A DNA stretch of 62,857 nt, the filler included, from Chiloscyllium plagiosum (taxonomy: Eukaryota), in the NCBI RefSeq assembly GCF_004010195.1. It is 3 parts of one record of this genome, joined end to end, with 100 filler letters (N's around TTAATTAATTAA, not from the genome) between each part and the next. Parts side by side here need not be neighbours in the genome. Positions count along the whole stretch, not along the records: positions 58,809 to 62,857 come from NC_057716.1; 2 more parts are not named here. One strand, given 5' to 3'. How positions within the stretch are numbered: position 1 is the stretch's first letter; each line of letters opens with the position of its first letter. The position numbers and the translations under genes were made by a program. Positions 62,311 to 62,857 of this stretch are shown here, piece by piece. The notes beneath the pieces are model-generated. The model searched no databases. It was not told the origin of the DNA and saw only the letters and a program-made list of their open reading frames with translations.

Positions 62311-62775
62311 TGTCCATGCTGACTCGATATCCCAAACCAATCTAGTCCCACCTGCCAGCACCCGGCCCATATCGCTCTAAACCCTTCCTATTCATTTGAC
62401 CACCCAGATGCCTTTTAAATGTTGCAACTGTACCAGCCTCCACCATTTCCTCTGGCAGTCCATTCCACACACATACCGCCCTCTACGTGAAAAAGGTACC
62501 CCTTAGGTCTCTTTTATATCTTTCCCCTCTCACCCTAAACTTTTGCCTTCTAGTTCTGGACTCCCCCACCCCAGGGAAAAATCCTTATCTATTTATCCTA
62601 TCTATGCCCCTCATGATTTTATAAACCTCTACAAGGTCACCTCTCAACCTTCGACGCACCAAGGAAAACAGCCTTAGCCTATTCAACCTCTCTCTATAGC
62701 TCAAATCCTCCAATCCTGGCAACATCCAAGTAAGTCTTTTCTGAACCCTTTCAAGTTTCAAAACATCCTTTGGTT
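62149..62775 (-). mobile_element. CR1 3' end (same family as 2130-2509)
   Basis: gagtcatagagtcatagagatgtacagcacggaaacagacccttc is the reverse complement of the family tail. Confidence 0.9.
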
Positions 62776-62857
62776 AGGAAGAAGACTAGAATTTGCAAGC
62801 GGGCATCAGAGCCGCCCCGCATTTGTCACGGGACTATGCCTACATCAGTAAAACTAT

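Overview
Eukaryotic, not microbial, DNA: a repeat-rich elasmobranch (shark-like) genomic segment, judged from HE1/V-SINEs and shark-type CR1 LINEs. It carries four protein-coding exons on the + strand. Two encode the bZIP domain of ATF2 (15377-15583, 17618-17723). Two are late exons of chimerin-1/CHN1 (41612-41785 and 53131-53208; end of C1 and start of RhoGAP, including the arginine finger). A synthetic 100-bp scaffold linker at 28845-28944 lies between the genes, and I could not find the last ATF2 exon or any 5' CHN1 exon. The flanking exons are phase-compatible, so an in-frame ATF2-CHN1 chimera can be read off the assembly, most likely as an artefact. The rest is intronic and dominated by decayed transposons: nested CR1 LINEs (two with ORF1 zinc finger/SGNH esterase and 104-bp 5'UTR monomers), a complete but decayed ~4.1-kb Gypsy LTR element, Rex1/Babar and L2 fragments, tRNA-derived SINEs, and many Penelope-like elements (PLEs) of two types. 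The most notable non-coding signal is a set of minimal hammerhead-ribozyme motifs in PLE termini and in tiny PLE-derived insertions; several of these insertions are fold-back and/or have 11-17 bp target-site duplications. All family assignments come from motif recognition by eye; no database search was run.
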